Assembly (NCBI GenBank): GCA_036350815.1
Contig: JAZBNU010000477.1
Coordinates: forward strand, 1-59,525
From: Desulfopila sp.
GTDB taxonomy: Bacteria; Desulfobacterota; Desulfobulbia; Desulfobulbales; Desulfocapsaceae
Direction of reading: 5' to 3'
Length of the DNA: 59,525 nt
Shown here one piece after another: positions 1-9,943 of the stretch. The translations under genes were made by a program, and so were the position numbers. The notes under the pieces were generated by a model that worked only from the letters and a program-made list of their open reading frames with translations, made no database searches and was not told where the DNA came from. Each line of letters starts with the position of its first letter. The stretch's first letter is position 1.

Positions 1-370
1 ATGGACTGCAGAGAATACCTCATCCCAGGCTGCAGGGGCGGCAATGTTTGGGGGAGGGGTGAGTGCGGAACGCCAATATCGCAAAGACAACAGCCAAATG
101 ACGGTTCAGATTGTCACTGATTCCCCAATACTGCAGGGAGTTATGATGATGCTGACAAATCCTGCGATGGCAACAGCATCCGGTGGAAAACTGAAGAAGA
201 TACAGGGCCAGAAAGCCATTGTCAATTATACCCCTGACAATGGCAGGGGTGAAATCCAGATCGCAGTAGCAGGGAAATTTCTGGTCACCTTAAACGGCAG
301 CGACATCACTCAGGATGAACTGGAAGGATATGCTGAGGCCATTGATTTCAGGAAAATGGCTGATATGTAA
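1..370 (+). CDS. Hypothetical protein, 5'-truncated by the window edge
   Basis: The frame is open upstream of the ATG at 44 to the window edge (WTAENTSSQAAGAAMFGGG...). Stop TAA at 368-370. Confidence 0.7.
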   Translation, partial: WTAENTSSQAAGAAMFGGGVSAERQYRKDNSQMTVQIVTDSPILQGVMMMLTNPAMATASGGKLKKIQGQKAIVNYTPDNGRGEIQIAVAGKFLVTLNGSDITQDELEGYAEAIDFRKMADM

Positions 371-657
371 CGGATGATTATTCTCCAATTGGTATAAGAG
401 AAGAGCTCGAGAAGGAAAGCACTTCCTGTTGAAAGATAATTGGCCAACTTCATTGTTTGCCTGGTCGATTGCTCCTCTGGAACCATCAGAGCGTTTTGAG
501 GAATAATGCGGTTGTACCAGTTTGTACAGGAAGAAAAAAATATGGATGTGTCGAATCATCAACTTACTGGACTGGACAACACGTTTCTGAAAATTCCAGG
601 CTAACACCGTGGTCCATCGTTTTTCTGAACTGCCGGTCACTATCAAGGAGAGAGAAC

Positions 658-1344
658 ATGAAATACCTGTTGTGTCTTGCTACGCTCTTCACACTTTGCT
701 TACCAGTATCTCCAGCTTCTGCTGAAAACAAGGTTGTGGTGATTCCGTTGAACAGCAGTAAATATGCACCCGGTGGGGTTAGCACTGTTATCTCTGCGGA
801 GGGCAAGGTCTGGATGGACCGTAATCTTGGGGCTCTTCGCGTGGCCACCAAAAGTGCTGATCCTGACAGTTATGGGACATTGTATCAGTGGGGTCGGGGC
901 GGTGACGGTCATGAATATCGCTCAAGCCCGACCGTTTCAATGCAGAGCAGTTCTGATCAGCCTAATCATGGCAGCTTTATCACAGAATTCAATGACTGGA
1001 GGAGTACGCCTAGCAACAACCTGTGGCAGGGAGAGTCTGGTCCCAATAATCCTTGTCCTGCCGGTTTCAGATTACCTACCGCTTCTGAGTGGCAGATAGA
1101 AATTGCTTCCTGGTCCTCCAGAGATTCTGCCGGGGCTTTTGCCTCGCCCCTGAGGCTTTCTGCGGCAGGTTATCGCAGTAATACTGATGGATCGCTCAAA
1201 CTTGTGGGCGGCCTTGGCAGCTACTGGTCCAGTACCGTGGATGGCAACCGAAGCTATTATTATGACTTCGGCAGCGGCTATAGCACTGAGTATCTCAGCA
1301 ATAGGCGCGCCAGCGGCCGCAGTATCCGTTGTCTTCAGGATTAG
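658..1344 (+). CDS. Secreted FISUMP-like (Fibrobacter succinogenes major paralogous) domain protein
   Basis: RBS AAGGAG before ATG 658 and a signal peptide. Motifs WMDRNLGA, GTLYQWGR, NPCPAGFRLPT, YWSS and SIRC. Confidence 0.75.
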   Translation: MKYLLCLATLFTLCLPVSPASAENKVVVIPLNSSKYAPGGVSTVISAEGKVWMDRNLGALRVATKSADPDSYGTLYQWGRGGDGHEYRSSPTVSMQSSSDQPNHGSFITEFNDWRSTPSNNLWQGESGPNNPCPAGFRLPTASEWQIEIASWSSRDSAGAFASPLRLSAAGYRSNTDGSLKLVGGLGSYWSSTVDGNRSYYYDFGSGYSTEYLSNRRASGRSIRCLQD

Positions 1345-1419
1345 TATCTTTGAGCTCAACCTTCTTTTGCTTATCATGCCGGCTTTGGGTATAATACATA
1401 CACCCACAAGGAGGTCGCC

Positions 1420-2622
1420 ATGGTCAGCAGAAAAACAGATCTTCACGAAGATACCCACATCGTGCATGGGCTGCGAACCATCCATACGACAAGTATGGAT
1501 CTTGTCCCGCCCATTCATATGACTTCCACCTTTTCCTTCAAGAACCAGCAGCACGGCGCGGATGTCTTTGCCGGCGTTGATGAAGGATTTCTCTATACCC
1601 GGATCGGCAATCCCACGGTTGCCCAGCTCCAGGAAAAAATGGCCATGCTCGAAGGCTGTGAAGAGGCCATCGCGGTCGCTTCAGGAATGGCGGCAACCGC
1701 CTCCGTGGTGATGTCACTGGCTCGGCCGGGTGACAATATTGTTGCCTGTAATGCCCTCTATGGCGGGACCTTTGCCCTGTTTCATGATCATCTTCCCGAG
1801 TTTTCCATAGAGAGCCGCTTCCTCTCACCCGCTGACAGCAACGATGGCGACAGGGTGGCCTCGATGGTGGATAACAAGACCCGTTTGCTCTACCTGGAAA
1901 CACCCGCCAATCCAACTCTTGCCGTCATTGATATAGCTCTATGGGCCGATATAGCCCATACGAACAGGATACCTCTGGTGGTGGACAATACTTTCGCCTC
2001 AACCTATCTCCAGAAGCCCGCCCGGATGGGGGCCGATATCGTTGTTCACTCGGCGACCAAATACCTTGGCGGACACGGTGATATCATAGGCGGCATCATC
2101 GTGACTTCAAAAGAGCTGGTCGAGGTCATTCGAAAATCCTATTTTCATCATTTCGGACCAACCATGAGCCCCTTCAATGCCTGGCTGATTCTCAGGGGGC
2201 TGAAAACCCTGGCACTCCGGATGCAGCGGCACTGCGCTTCCGCCCAGCACATTGCCCAATGGCTTGAGACCCAGCCTGCCGTAGAGCACGTGCATTATCC
2301 CGGGCTTCCCAGCCATGCTCAACACCAGCTCGCGTCCCGGCAAATGAAGGGATTCAGCGGCATAGTAGCCTTTGAGCTGAAGAGCGGGGTTGAGGGCGGC
2401 AAAAAAGTGATGGATGCAGTGAAACTGTGTAAACTCGCGGTCAGCCTGGGCGATTGCGAGACCCTGATCCAGCATCCCGCCTCTATGACGCATTCAACCT
2501 ATGGCAGCCGGGAACTGGCCCAGGCGGGAATTACCGAGGGTTTGGTTCGTCTCTCCGTTGGCCTGGAAGACCCTGCCGATATCGTTGCCGATCTTGAGCA
2601 GGCCCTGGAGGCCGCAAAATAA
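1420..2622 (+). CDS. megL: Methionine gamma-lyase / Cys-Met metabolism PLP enzyme
   Basis: YTRIGNPT, SGMAA, ETPANP, DNTF, SATKYLGGHGD (PLP lysine) and VSLGDCETLIQHPASMTH. RBS AGGAGG. Confidence 0.85.
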   Translation: MVSRKTDLHEDTHIVHGLRTIHTTSMDLVPPIHMTSTFSFKNQQHGADVFAGVDEGFLYTRIGNPTVAQLQEKMAMLEGCEEAIAVASGMAATASVVMSLARPGDNIVACNALYGGTFALFHDHLPEFSIESRFLSPADSNDGDRVASMVDNKTRLLYLETPANPTLAVIDIALWADIAHTNRIPLVVDNTFASTYLQKPARMGADIVVHSATKYLGGHGDIIGGIIVTSKELVEVIRKSYFHHFGPTMSPFNAWLILRGLKTLALRMQRHCASAQHIAQWLETQPAVEHVHYPGLPSHAQHQLASRQMKGFSGIVAFELKSGVEGGKKVMDAVKLCKLAVSLGDCETLIQHPASMTHSTYGSRELAQAGITEGLVRLSVGLEDPADIVADLEQALEAAK

Positions 2623-3014
2623 CAGGGTGACTTTTGGCGGCAGCTCCTCTGCTGCAAATAGAATCGGGCGGATAAGTGCGGACAGAGTAGAGTATCAGAT
2701 TCCATTGCTGATGCAAATACCAGAGATGTGATAATCTGGTTTTCGTCTTGAGAAAAAGTGTAGAGCCAGGCAGTGAAACTGTTTTTTTATGTAATGTAAT
2801 GGAATGGAGTGGCACAGCCGTTTTTGTCTTCTTGAGCTGTTGCGCGACATTCTGAATATAAACACGTGGAATACAGGAGGGCTGAAGCAGAAGTTTGTGA
2901 CAATTGATGGCATGCTGGTAGGAAGTTGAAGTTGCAGAAAAGTGGGGACGCTCTGAGAACAGCATCCTGTCACTTTTTACGAGTTCATCAATATTTACTG
3001 GAGAGGGATGAAAA

Positions 3015-4670
3015 ATGTGCTCGAATAAAGGTGGAGTTCATTGCAAAAAAGATCCTCAAACGGCATCACATTCAGCAAAAGTTGCAGAGCTACTTGGCAA
3101 AGTCGTTTTCCTCTTGGTTATTATTCCATTCACTGTGCCTTTATCAGCAAATGCGCTCATGGGGGGGAACGGGTTGATGTGGACGGTCTGGCAGAGCGAG
3201 CCGGTCAAGCTTGTGGTATGCTGGGAAGATCCAGGCGCGGCAAGTTCAGAGCGGCGTGAATGGGTACGGCTGGCATTGAAAAACAGTTGGGAGCGTGAAA
3301 CACGGATCATTTTTACAGGCTGGGAGCAGTGCCAGAATGAAGCTAGTCCGGCCACACCGCCTCACACCTTGGGGCCGCGACGCCCCGGCATTGCCGATGA
3401 AAACATAAAGATAGAGATCCTGACATCCGGTGGAGGGCAAAATCCGGCTCATGGCTCCTGGGGTGATTACCAGCAGCACGGGGTTAGACTTAATCTGCAG
3501 GGTGACAGGGCCAACACGGAGTTTCTCGCTATCCATGAATTCGGGCATGCCCTGGGACTCTACCATGGGGAAGAGCGGGGCGACTGGGATATCAGTGGAT
3601 GTCCCCAGCAAACTTACGCTCCATCCTGGCCATGGTGGCCTGTACCTACTGAAATGCGCTGGGGTGCTCCTGACCCCGACTCGATCATGGCGTACTGCTC
3701 CAATCGTCCCACTTCACTGAGCCCCGGAGATGTGGCGGGGATTCAGCGTGCTTACGGGCGGCATATACCCGGATCGCTGCTTTCATTGCCGGGTTCTTTA
3801 TGTCTCAGTGCGCATGCCGGCGCCGGCAACGGTTCTGATGCGTTTGGCTGGGCCTGTGACGAGGCCTTGGATGACCAGGAATGGCGTTGGGATATCACTA
3901 AAAAGGCTCTCTATGTTCAAGCACCTGACGACCCGACTGAGAACCGCCGCTGTCTTGATGTGGATACCAACAGTTACAGTGATGTCCAGACCTGGGATTG
4001 CCACTATGGCTCCAATCAGCAATGGCAATTTCAGAAGACCATGGTGCGCGGCTACGGCGGCCTTTGTCTCACTCGTCCGGCCGATGGGCAGGGAGCTGTT
4101 ACCATTGAGGAGTGTACCGGTGCCGATGAGCAGTTATGGCGCATCGAAAAGAGCGACATTGCTGCTGGTCGTGTTGCGCGTCTTCGGGCTGAATCAAAAA
4201 ATCTGTGTTTAACCCAGGAAGGACCATCCGGCAGTAATGCTGTGGTAAAGCCCTGCTCACCGAGCAATCTCTATGCACCTGTTAAGACAAAACCCACCGG
4301 AAAAAACCAAAATACGATAACGCTGGTGCATTTTCCCGGGAAACCAGTCACAGGGATACGTGATTTCTTGCTGGGCGATGGGGGACAGATTGGAATTATC
4401 AATTTCCTCTCCGGTACCCTCTGTCTGGATGTGCGTGATGTCTGGGATTCTCAATATCTTGCAGGCAACGGCGGGCCAAGGCCCGGTCAGGTCGTCCAAT
4501 TCTTTCAATGTTATGACAATCAGTTGAACCAGAGATGGAATTTCAGCGGCCAGCTTGTTTCAGGTGGGAAGTGTCTCGCCCTTGATGGGGACGCGGTTGA
4601 TAATGGAGCTGGAGCAATAGTAACTGATTGTACTAATGCGGACCAGCAGAAATGGGACTATTACTGGTGA
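3015..4670 (+). CDS. Secreted metzincin-like metallopeptidase with ricin-B lectin repeats
   Basis: Zinc motif HEFGHALGLYH and Met-turn SIMAY. C-terminal CLDV...NQQW/QLW/NQRW/QKW repeats and an N-terminal hydrophobic signal. Confidence 0.8.
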   Translation: MCSNKGGVHCKKDPQTASHSAKVAELLGKVVFLLVIIPFTVPLSANALMGGNGLMWTVWQSEPVKLVVCWEDPGAASSERREWVRLALKNSWERETRIIFTGWEQCQNEASPATPPHTLGPRRPGIADENIKIEILTSGGGQNPAHGSWGDYQQHGVRLNLQGDRANTEFLAIHEFGHALGLYHGEERGDWDISGCPQQTYAPSWPWWPVPTEMRWGAPDPDSIMAYCSNRPTSLSPGDVAGIQRAYGRHIPGSLLSLPGSLCLSAHAGAGNGSDAFGWACDEALDDQEWRWDITKKALYVQAPDDPTENRRCLDVDTNSYSDVQTWDCHYGSNQQWQFQKTMVRGYGGLCLTRPADGQGAVTIEECTGADEQLWRIEKSDIAAGRVARLRAESKNLCLTQEGPSGSNAVVKPCSPSNLYAPVKTKPTGKNQNTITLVHFPGKPVTGIRDFLLGDGGQIGIINFLSGTLCLDVRDVWDSQYLAGNGGPRPGQVVQFFQCYDNQLNQRWNFSGQLVSGGKCLALDGDAVDNGAGAIVTDCTNADQQKWDYYW

Positions 4671-4929
4671 AAAAAAGCCAACGCTGAAAGTCTTGTGAGT
4701 TTATCGGTAAGGCTCTTACTGTTATTTGTGGCCATATCTTTGCTGGACATAGTTGTTTTCACAAATGAACCCGGTAAAAAGAGTTTTCCCGTTTTTCAGG
4801 GGGTAATCAGATTTTTTTATATTATTGTGATTTCAATGATTGTGTAACGTTATTGCTTTCATGCCCTTTGCTCTGGCTTTATTCCGGGAGTACCACGGCG
4901 ATAAAACACCTACAGGCCTTACTGGAGTT

Positions 4930-5985
4930 ATGATGAAAATAGCAACTGTTTCAATTACTTCGCTCTTTTTGGCCGCTATTCTTGCGGCCCAGGCTGCTTC
5001 GGCTTATACCATTGGTCATCTGGACACGTGGCCGGAAGATATTCCTGATAGCTCTATTGCGGCAGCAAAAGAGAAGCTCCATATCGCCTACAACCATACT
5101 TCCCACGGGAGCCAGCTGATCACGGGCCTGAACAGCCTGCATGCATTTCCGGCCTTTGGCGACAGATACGCCTGGGTAAACGCAACTTCCGGCAGCACTT
5201 CGGCCCTCAGCCTGGGAGACAGGGTGATTCCCGGAAAACCAGATCTCAGCCAGGGTGACGGGGTCTATCCAGGCGACCCTGATGGCGTTGCCATGTGGGC
5301 AAGAGATACCTACACCTATCTCATCAGCAGCAATACCTCTCATGTCAATGTCATAATGTGGTCGTGGTGCAATATCGGTGGTCACGACATTGACCTTTAC
5401 CTCAACTCAATGGAATGGCTTATCGGCCTGTTCGGTGAAGGAGGAACGCATCCCAGGGCCTCCGACCATCCGGTGCAGTTTGTTTTTATGACGGGTCATG
5501 CCAACGGCGGCGGAGTTAATGACGATTCCGATATTGCCAACCGGCAGATACGGCAACACTGCCGGACGCATAACAGGATTCTCTTTGATTTCAGCGATAT
5601 CGAGAACTACGATCCTGAGGGCAACTACTTTCTCGATAAACGGGTTGACGATGCCCTCTATTATGATTCCACTCCGCCATACACCACAGGCGGCCGCGAT
5701 GCCAACTGGGCGGCGCAGTTCCTTGATCGTCATCCGGGCGGTGAACATGATCTTCTCGTCAATGGTACGGCAGGCTACCCGGGGTGTGGTTCCTGTGCCC
5801 ACTCCCCTGAAGGGGGAGAAACCTCTGATGCGCGCCTTAACTGTATCCTCAAGGGCAGGGCGTTGTGGACGCTTTTTGCCCGGCTGGCGGGGTGGGACCC
5901 CACCATTCACCCACCGCCACCGTCTCCACCCGGTACAGATGGGGACTCACTTACCGGGTTGATGCAGCTGCTGTTAAAGGAGTGA
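4930..5985 (+). CDS. Secreted hypothetical protein with Pro-rich linker and C-terminal LLL tail
   Basis: RBS GGAG before ATG 4930, signal peptide ending AQAASA, long open frame. Confidence 0.7.
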   Translation: MMKIATVSITSLFLAAILAAQAASAYTIGHLDTWPEDIPDSSIAAAKEKLHIAYNHTSHGSQLITGLNSLHAFPAFGDRYAWVNATSGSTSALSLGDRVIPGKPDLSQGDGVYPGDPDGVAMWARDTYTYLISSNTSHVNVIMWSWCNIGGHDIDLYLNSMEWLIGLFGEGGTHPRASDHPVQFVFMTGHANGGGVNDDSDIANRQIRQHCRTHNRILFDFSDIENYDPEGNYFLDKRVDDALYYDSTPPYTTGGRDANWAAQFLDRHPGGEHDLLVNGTAGYPGCGSCAHSPEGGETSDARLNCILKGRALWTLFARLAGWDPTIHPPPPSPPGTDGDSLTGLMQLLLKE

Positions 5986-6201
5986 TATCTGAAGTACAAC
6001 TGAAGCTTGCAGCATGGTAAATAAAACTATAGATAAAAGAAGCGAAAGAAGATAGTTTACCAAGCAAAGCAGACAGGTGACAAAAGAAAGGAAAGCGGCA
6101 GGATATACAACAGCTCGAAAAACAGGTATGTCTGGTACACTTCTGAGGTGAAGAAGACACTATCTTTTCCCGGTTCACTCCCTATTACTCAAAGAGCACA
6201 G

Positions 6202-7008
6202 ATGGAAAACGATAATCTGGTTTTTGCCTTTGCACTCACCTTATTTGCCGGGCTTTCAACCGGCATCGGCAGTGCCATGGCGTTTATGTCGAAGCAGTTC
6301 AACCCGAAATTTCTTGCCGGATCGCTGGGATTTTCCGCCGGAGTGATGATTTATGTGTCCATGATTGAAATATTCGTCAAGGCCAAGGATTCCATGACGG
6401 AACTGTATGGTATGCAGGCTGGCTATACGTATACCGTTATAGCCTTTTTCGGCGGCATACTTCTCATTGCTCTTATTGACTACCTGGTGCCTTCGGCAGA
6501 AAACCCCCATGAAATTAATAAAACGGGGGATCATGTTCCTGAGGAGATCAAAAAAAAGAAGCTGATGCGGATGGGACTTTTTTCCGCCCTGGCTGTAGGC
6601 ATTCATAATTTTCCCGAAGGGTTCGCCACGTTTATAGGAGCCCTCGATGATCCTGCCCTTGGTGTTTCCATAGCGGTGGCCATAGCTATTCACAATATTC
6701 CGGAGGGTATTGCCGTTTCAGTACCAATTTACTACGCCACCAGGAGTAGAAAAAAAGCTTTTGTCTATTCCTTCTTGTCGGGATTGGCTGAGCCCATTGG
6801 GGCACTGGTAGGTTTTTTCCTCTTTCTCACCCTTTTTAACGACGCATTCTTTGGCGTGACCTTCGCGGCTGTTGCCGGCATTATGATCTATATATCTCTG
6901 GACGAACTCCTGCCGACGGCGGAAGAGTATGGGGAACACCATGTTGCCATTATCGGCCTGATTGCGGGAATGGCGGTTATGGCGGCGAGTCTGCTTCTTT
7001 TTGTCTGA
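6202..7008 (+). CDS. zupT: ZIP-family zinc transporter ZupT
   Basis: IHNFPEG and AIHNIPEG motifs, multiple TM segments, GFSAGVMIYVS. Confidence 0.9.
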   Translation: MENDNLVFAFALTLFAGLSTGIGSAMAFMSKQFNPKFLAGSLGFSAGVMIYVSMIEIFVKAKDSMTELYGMQAGYTYTVIAFFGGILLIALIDYLVPSAENPHEINKTGDHVPEEIKKKKLMRMGLFSALAVGIHNFPEGFATFIGALDDPALGVSIAVAIAIHNIPEGIAVSVPIYYATRSRKKAFVYSFLSGLAEPIGALVGFFLFLTLFNDAFFGVTFAAVAGIMIYISLDELLPTAEEYGEHHVAIIGLIAGMAVMAASLLLFV

Positions 7009-7183
7009 TATGTTGGGTAAATGGAGATATTCCAAGTACCCGTCTCTCTTCTTTTTCAGACAGTGCGGTGAATGGCTTCTTTTCAGTTTTATTGAAGTGA
7101 TACATAACTGTCGGGTTTGTGTTATATCTCTTGATAAGCATAAAAATATGCGCTAGTTTAGGTATGTCTGGACAAAGTGTGTC

Positions 7184-7198
7184 CGGCAGTGTTTTTGC
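7184..7198 (+). promoter_or_regulatory. Possible sigma-54 -24/-12 promoter of the hdr-mvh-fdh cluster
   Basis: CGGCAGTGTTTTTGC has GG-N10-GC spacing with TTGC, about 100 nt upstream of ATG 7295. Confidence 0.35.
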
Positions 7199-7294
7199 GC
7201 GTCGTGATTTTTGGGGTTGATTGTCGGAGCGGGCTCAAAAGACATCTTCTCACGGTCGACCGGCTTATCGCCCTCTACTTTTCAAGAAGGAAGG

Positions 7295-8617
7295 ATGACT
7301 ATGGCTGAAGTGGCAATTAAGCTTGAAGGGAAGGCGAAAAGGTCTTTTCTGGACGATATCAAAGACATTCTGCCGGACGGCAATCTCAGTCTTTGTCTGA
7401 CCTGTGGGCTCTGCTCATCAGGGTGTCCGGCAACAGGTCTTGAAAACATGGATCCCAGGAAATTCCTGCGTATGCTGGTGCTGGGAATGGATGAAGAAGT
7501 CCGCAAATCCAACTGGCCCTGGATGTGCACCATGTGTCAGCGTTGTGTCTATGTCTGTCCCATGAAGATAGATATCCCCCAGCTTATCTTTAATGTCCGT
7601 GCATCCAGGCCAAGGGATGAACGACCCTCCGGTATTCGCGGATCCTGTGATATGGCCGTACAGAATGAAACCTGCAGTGCCATGGGCACACCGGTGGAAG
7701 ACTTCAAATTCGTCGTTAATGATGTTCTGGAGGAATACCGGGAGTCGCAGCCGGAGTTTGCCGACATGCAGGCGCCTATAGATAAAGTCGGTGCTGAGTT
7801 CTTTATCAATCAGAATTCCAGAGAGCCGATGACGGAGCCTGATGAAATGGTCCCTCTCTGGAAAATACTTCATCTGGCAGGAGTTGACTGGACCTATGGC
7901 AGTAAAGCATGGGCTGCGGAGAATTACTGTCTTTTTCTCGCGGATAACGACAGCTGGGAGCATATTGTCAAAGCCAAGGCCCAGGCAACCGATGAGCTGA
8001 AGTGTAAAACCTACCTTAATACGGAGTGAGGCCACGTCACTTTCGCAGTCCGGGCCGGACTGAAAAAATTCAACATCAAGCACAACTTCGAAACCAAAAA
8101 TATTTACGAGTACTATGCCAAATGGATTCGAGAGGGAAGGCTGAAGCCTAATTCCGACTGGAATAAAGAGCTGGGGGTTAAGTTTACGGTGCAGGACCCC
8201 TGCCAGATAGTGCGTAAAAGTTTCGGTGATAAAATAGCCGATGATTTCAGGTTTGCCATAACAGCGGCAATCGGTAAAGAAAATCTGGTGGAAATGTCGC
8301 CAAATAAGTCGAACAACTACTGTTGCGGCGGCGGCGGCGGTTTTCTCCAGTCGGGATTTAAAGAGCAGCGCCTGGAATACGGTAGAATCAAGGACGAGCA
8401 GATCAAGGCAAGTGGAGCGACCTATTGTATTGCCGGCTGCCATAACTGCCATGCCCAGATTCATGAGCTTTCGCATCATTACGAGGGCCACTATCAGGTT
8501 GTGCATTTCTGGACCATTCTCGCGCTTGCTCTTGGCGTGCTGGGCCCGAATGAACGGGCCTATTTAGGTGATGACCTTCGTGACGTCAATGTCTTTCATC
8601 CGGAAACGGCGTTCTGA
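7295..8617 (+). CDS. DsrK/TmcB/HdrD-like Fe-S (CCG-domain) oxidoreductase, selenoprotein (Sec245)
   Basis: Two ferredoxin motifs (CLTCGLCSSGCP, CTMCQRCVYVCP). In-frame TGA 8027-8029 lies in NTE-U-GH, and the frame continues into QDPC...CCGGGGG...GCHNC. A hairpin follows the TGA. Confidence 0.85.
8046..8062 (+). promoter_or_regulatory. SECIS-like hairpin
   Basis: CAGTCCG-GGC-CGGACTG, a perfect 7-bp stem 16 nt after TGA 8027. Confidence 0.75.
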
Positions 8618-8734
8618 GCTCTTTGGAGTAAAAGAGGACTTTTTTTTTCTTCGGAGGGAGATACTCCGAAGAGCAGCCTCATGATGAAATTTTTTTGATG
8701 AGTGTTGATACTGTTAACTGAACCAGGTCTGACT

Positions 8735-9847
8735 ATGCAGCTTACGAAACAGCAAATTGACTATTGCATGGAGTGCGGGGTATGCACGGGAAGCTGCCCT
8801 ATCAGCTATGAGCGCTCCGGTTTTTCTCCCAGGCAGATGATCAAACGGACCCTGGTTGAACCGGACGGCAGCATACTGCAAAGCGATGATGTGTGGGCCT
8901 GCCTGAGCTGCTCACGCTGCAGTGACCGCTGCCCGGTGGGGATTGATTTTCCTGAATTTATTCGCTCATACCGGGAAAAAGCTATTGCGGTGGGCAATCT
9001 GCCCAGACAGAGCCATCATGGAATCTTTCAGACACTCACCACTCTGCAGTCGGGTAATCTTAAGCAAAGCCGTATAGAGTGGACCAAGGGCTGCGGTACC
9101 ATTCGGGAGAAAGGGGAATATTTTTATTTTGTCGGTTGTGCTCCCTACCAGACTCCGGTTTTTGAGTATCTCAATCTTAACATTATTGATACGCCAAAAA
9201 ACATTCTCACTTTGCTCAATAAGGTCGGTGTTGAGCCGGTGGTGAGCAATGATGAGCGATGCTGCGGCCATGACGCCTTCTGGAGTGGTAACAGAGAGCT
9301 TTTTGAGACGCTTGCCCGGAAAAATGTGGCGACCATTCAGGCCTCAGGTGCCAAAACTGTCATTTTCGGTTGTCCCGAGGGGTACTCCAACTTTAAAGAG
9401 AATTATCCTGCAGTAGTAGGTGAGCTTCCATTCGAGATTGTTCATATTTCAGAGTTTCTTGCTGCTCGAATGGCAGAGATGGAAACGGTCTTCAGCCAGG
9501 AAGAACAGGGGACGGTGACCTATCACGACCCCTGCCGGCTCGGCAGAAGATCAGGAATTTATGACGAACCGCGGCAGTTGATCCGGATGGCTTCCAATTC
9601 TGCTTTCAAAGAGATGCAAAACAACCGGGAAAATGCGGTCTGCTGCGGCACGACAGCCTGGATGGAGTGCTCTTCCTGTTCCAAGACCATGCAGATCAGG
9701 CGATTGCAGGAAGCCATGGAGGCCGGTGCCGGCACGATTATCACGGCATGCCCCAAATGTCAGATACATTTGAGCTGTGCCAAATCCAACACAGATCTTG
9801 ATGTGGAGATTAAAGATCTCTATTCCTACCTTGCTGAAAAGTTATAA
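8735..9847 (+). CDS. HdrC/HdrD-like (Fe-S)-binding protein with two CCG domains
   Basis: CMECGVCTGSCP and CLSCSRCSDRCP. CCG domains: FVGC...RCCG...GCPEG and YHDPC...VCCG...ACPKC. Confidence 0.85.
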   Translation: MQLTKQQIDYCMECGVCTGSCPISYERSGFSPRQMIKRTLVEPDGSILQSDDVWACLSCSRCSDRCPVGIDFPEFIRSYREKAIAVGNLPRQSHHGIFQTLTTLQSGNLKQSRIEWTKGCGTIREKGEYFYFVGCAPYQTPVFEYLNLNIIDTPKNILTLLNKVGVEPVVSNDERCCGHDAFWSGNRELFETLARKNVATIQASGAKTVIFGCPEGYSNFKENYPAVVGELPFEIVHISEFLAARMAEMETVFSQEEQGTVTYHDPCRLGRRSGIYDEPRQLIRMASNSAFKEMQNNRENAVCCGTTAWMECSSCSKTMQIRRLQEAMEAGAGTIITACPKCQIHLSCAKSNTDLDVEIKDLYSYLAEKL

Positions 9848-9943
9848 AAGGCTTCGGTTGGCTGATTGGATAACGTAATAGCTTGAAAATACAAAAAAGC
9901 ACATAGAGAACACTATATCATTTTTGAGTATCGGAGAACTTTG

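Noticed and set aside
8648-8672. Hairpin TCTTCGGAG-N7-CTCCGAAGA as a terminator inside the hdr cluster
   Set aside because: The T-run precedes the stem instead of following it on either strand. It is more likely a stability or processing element.
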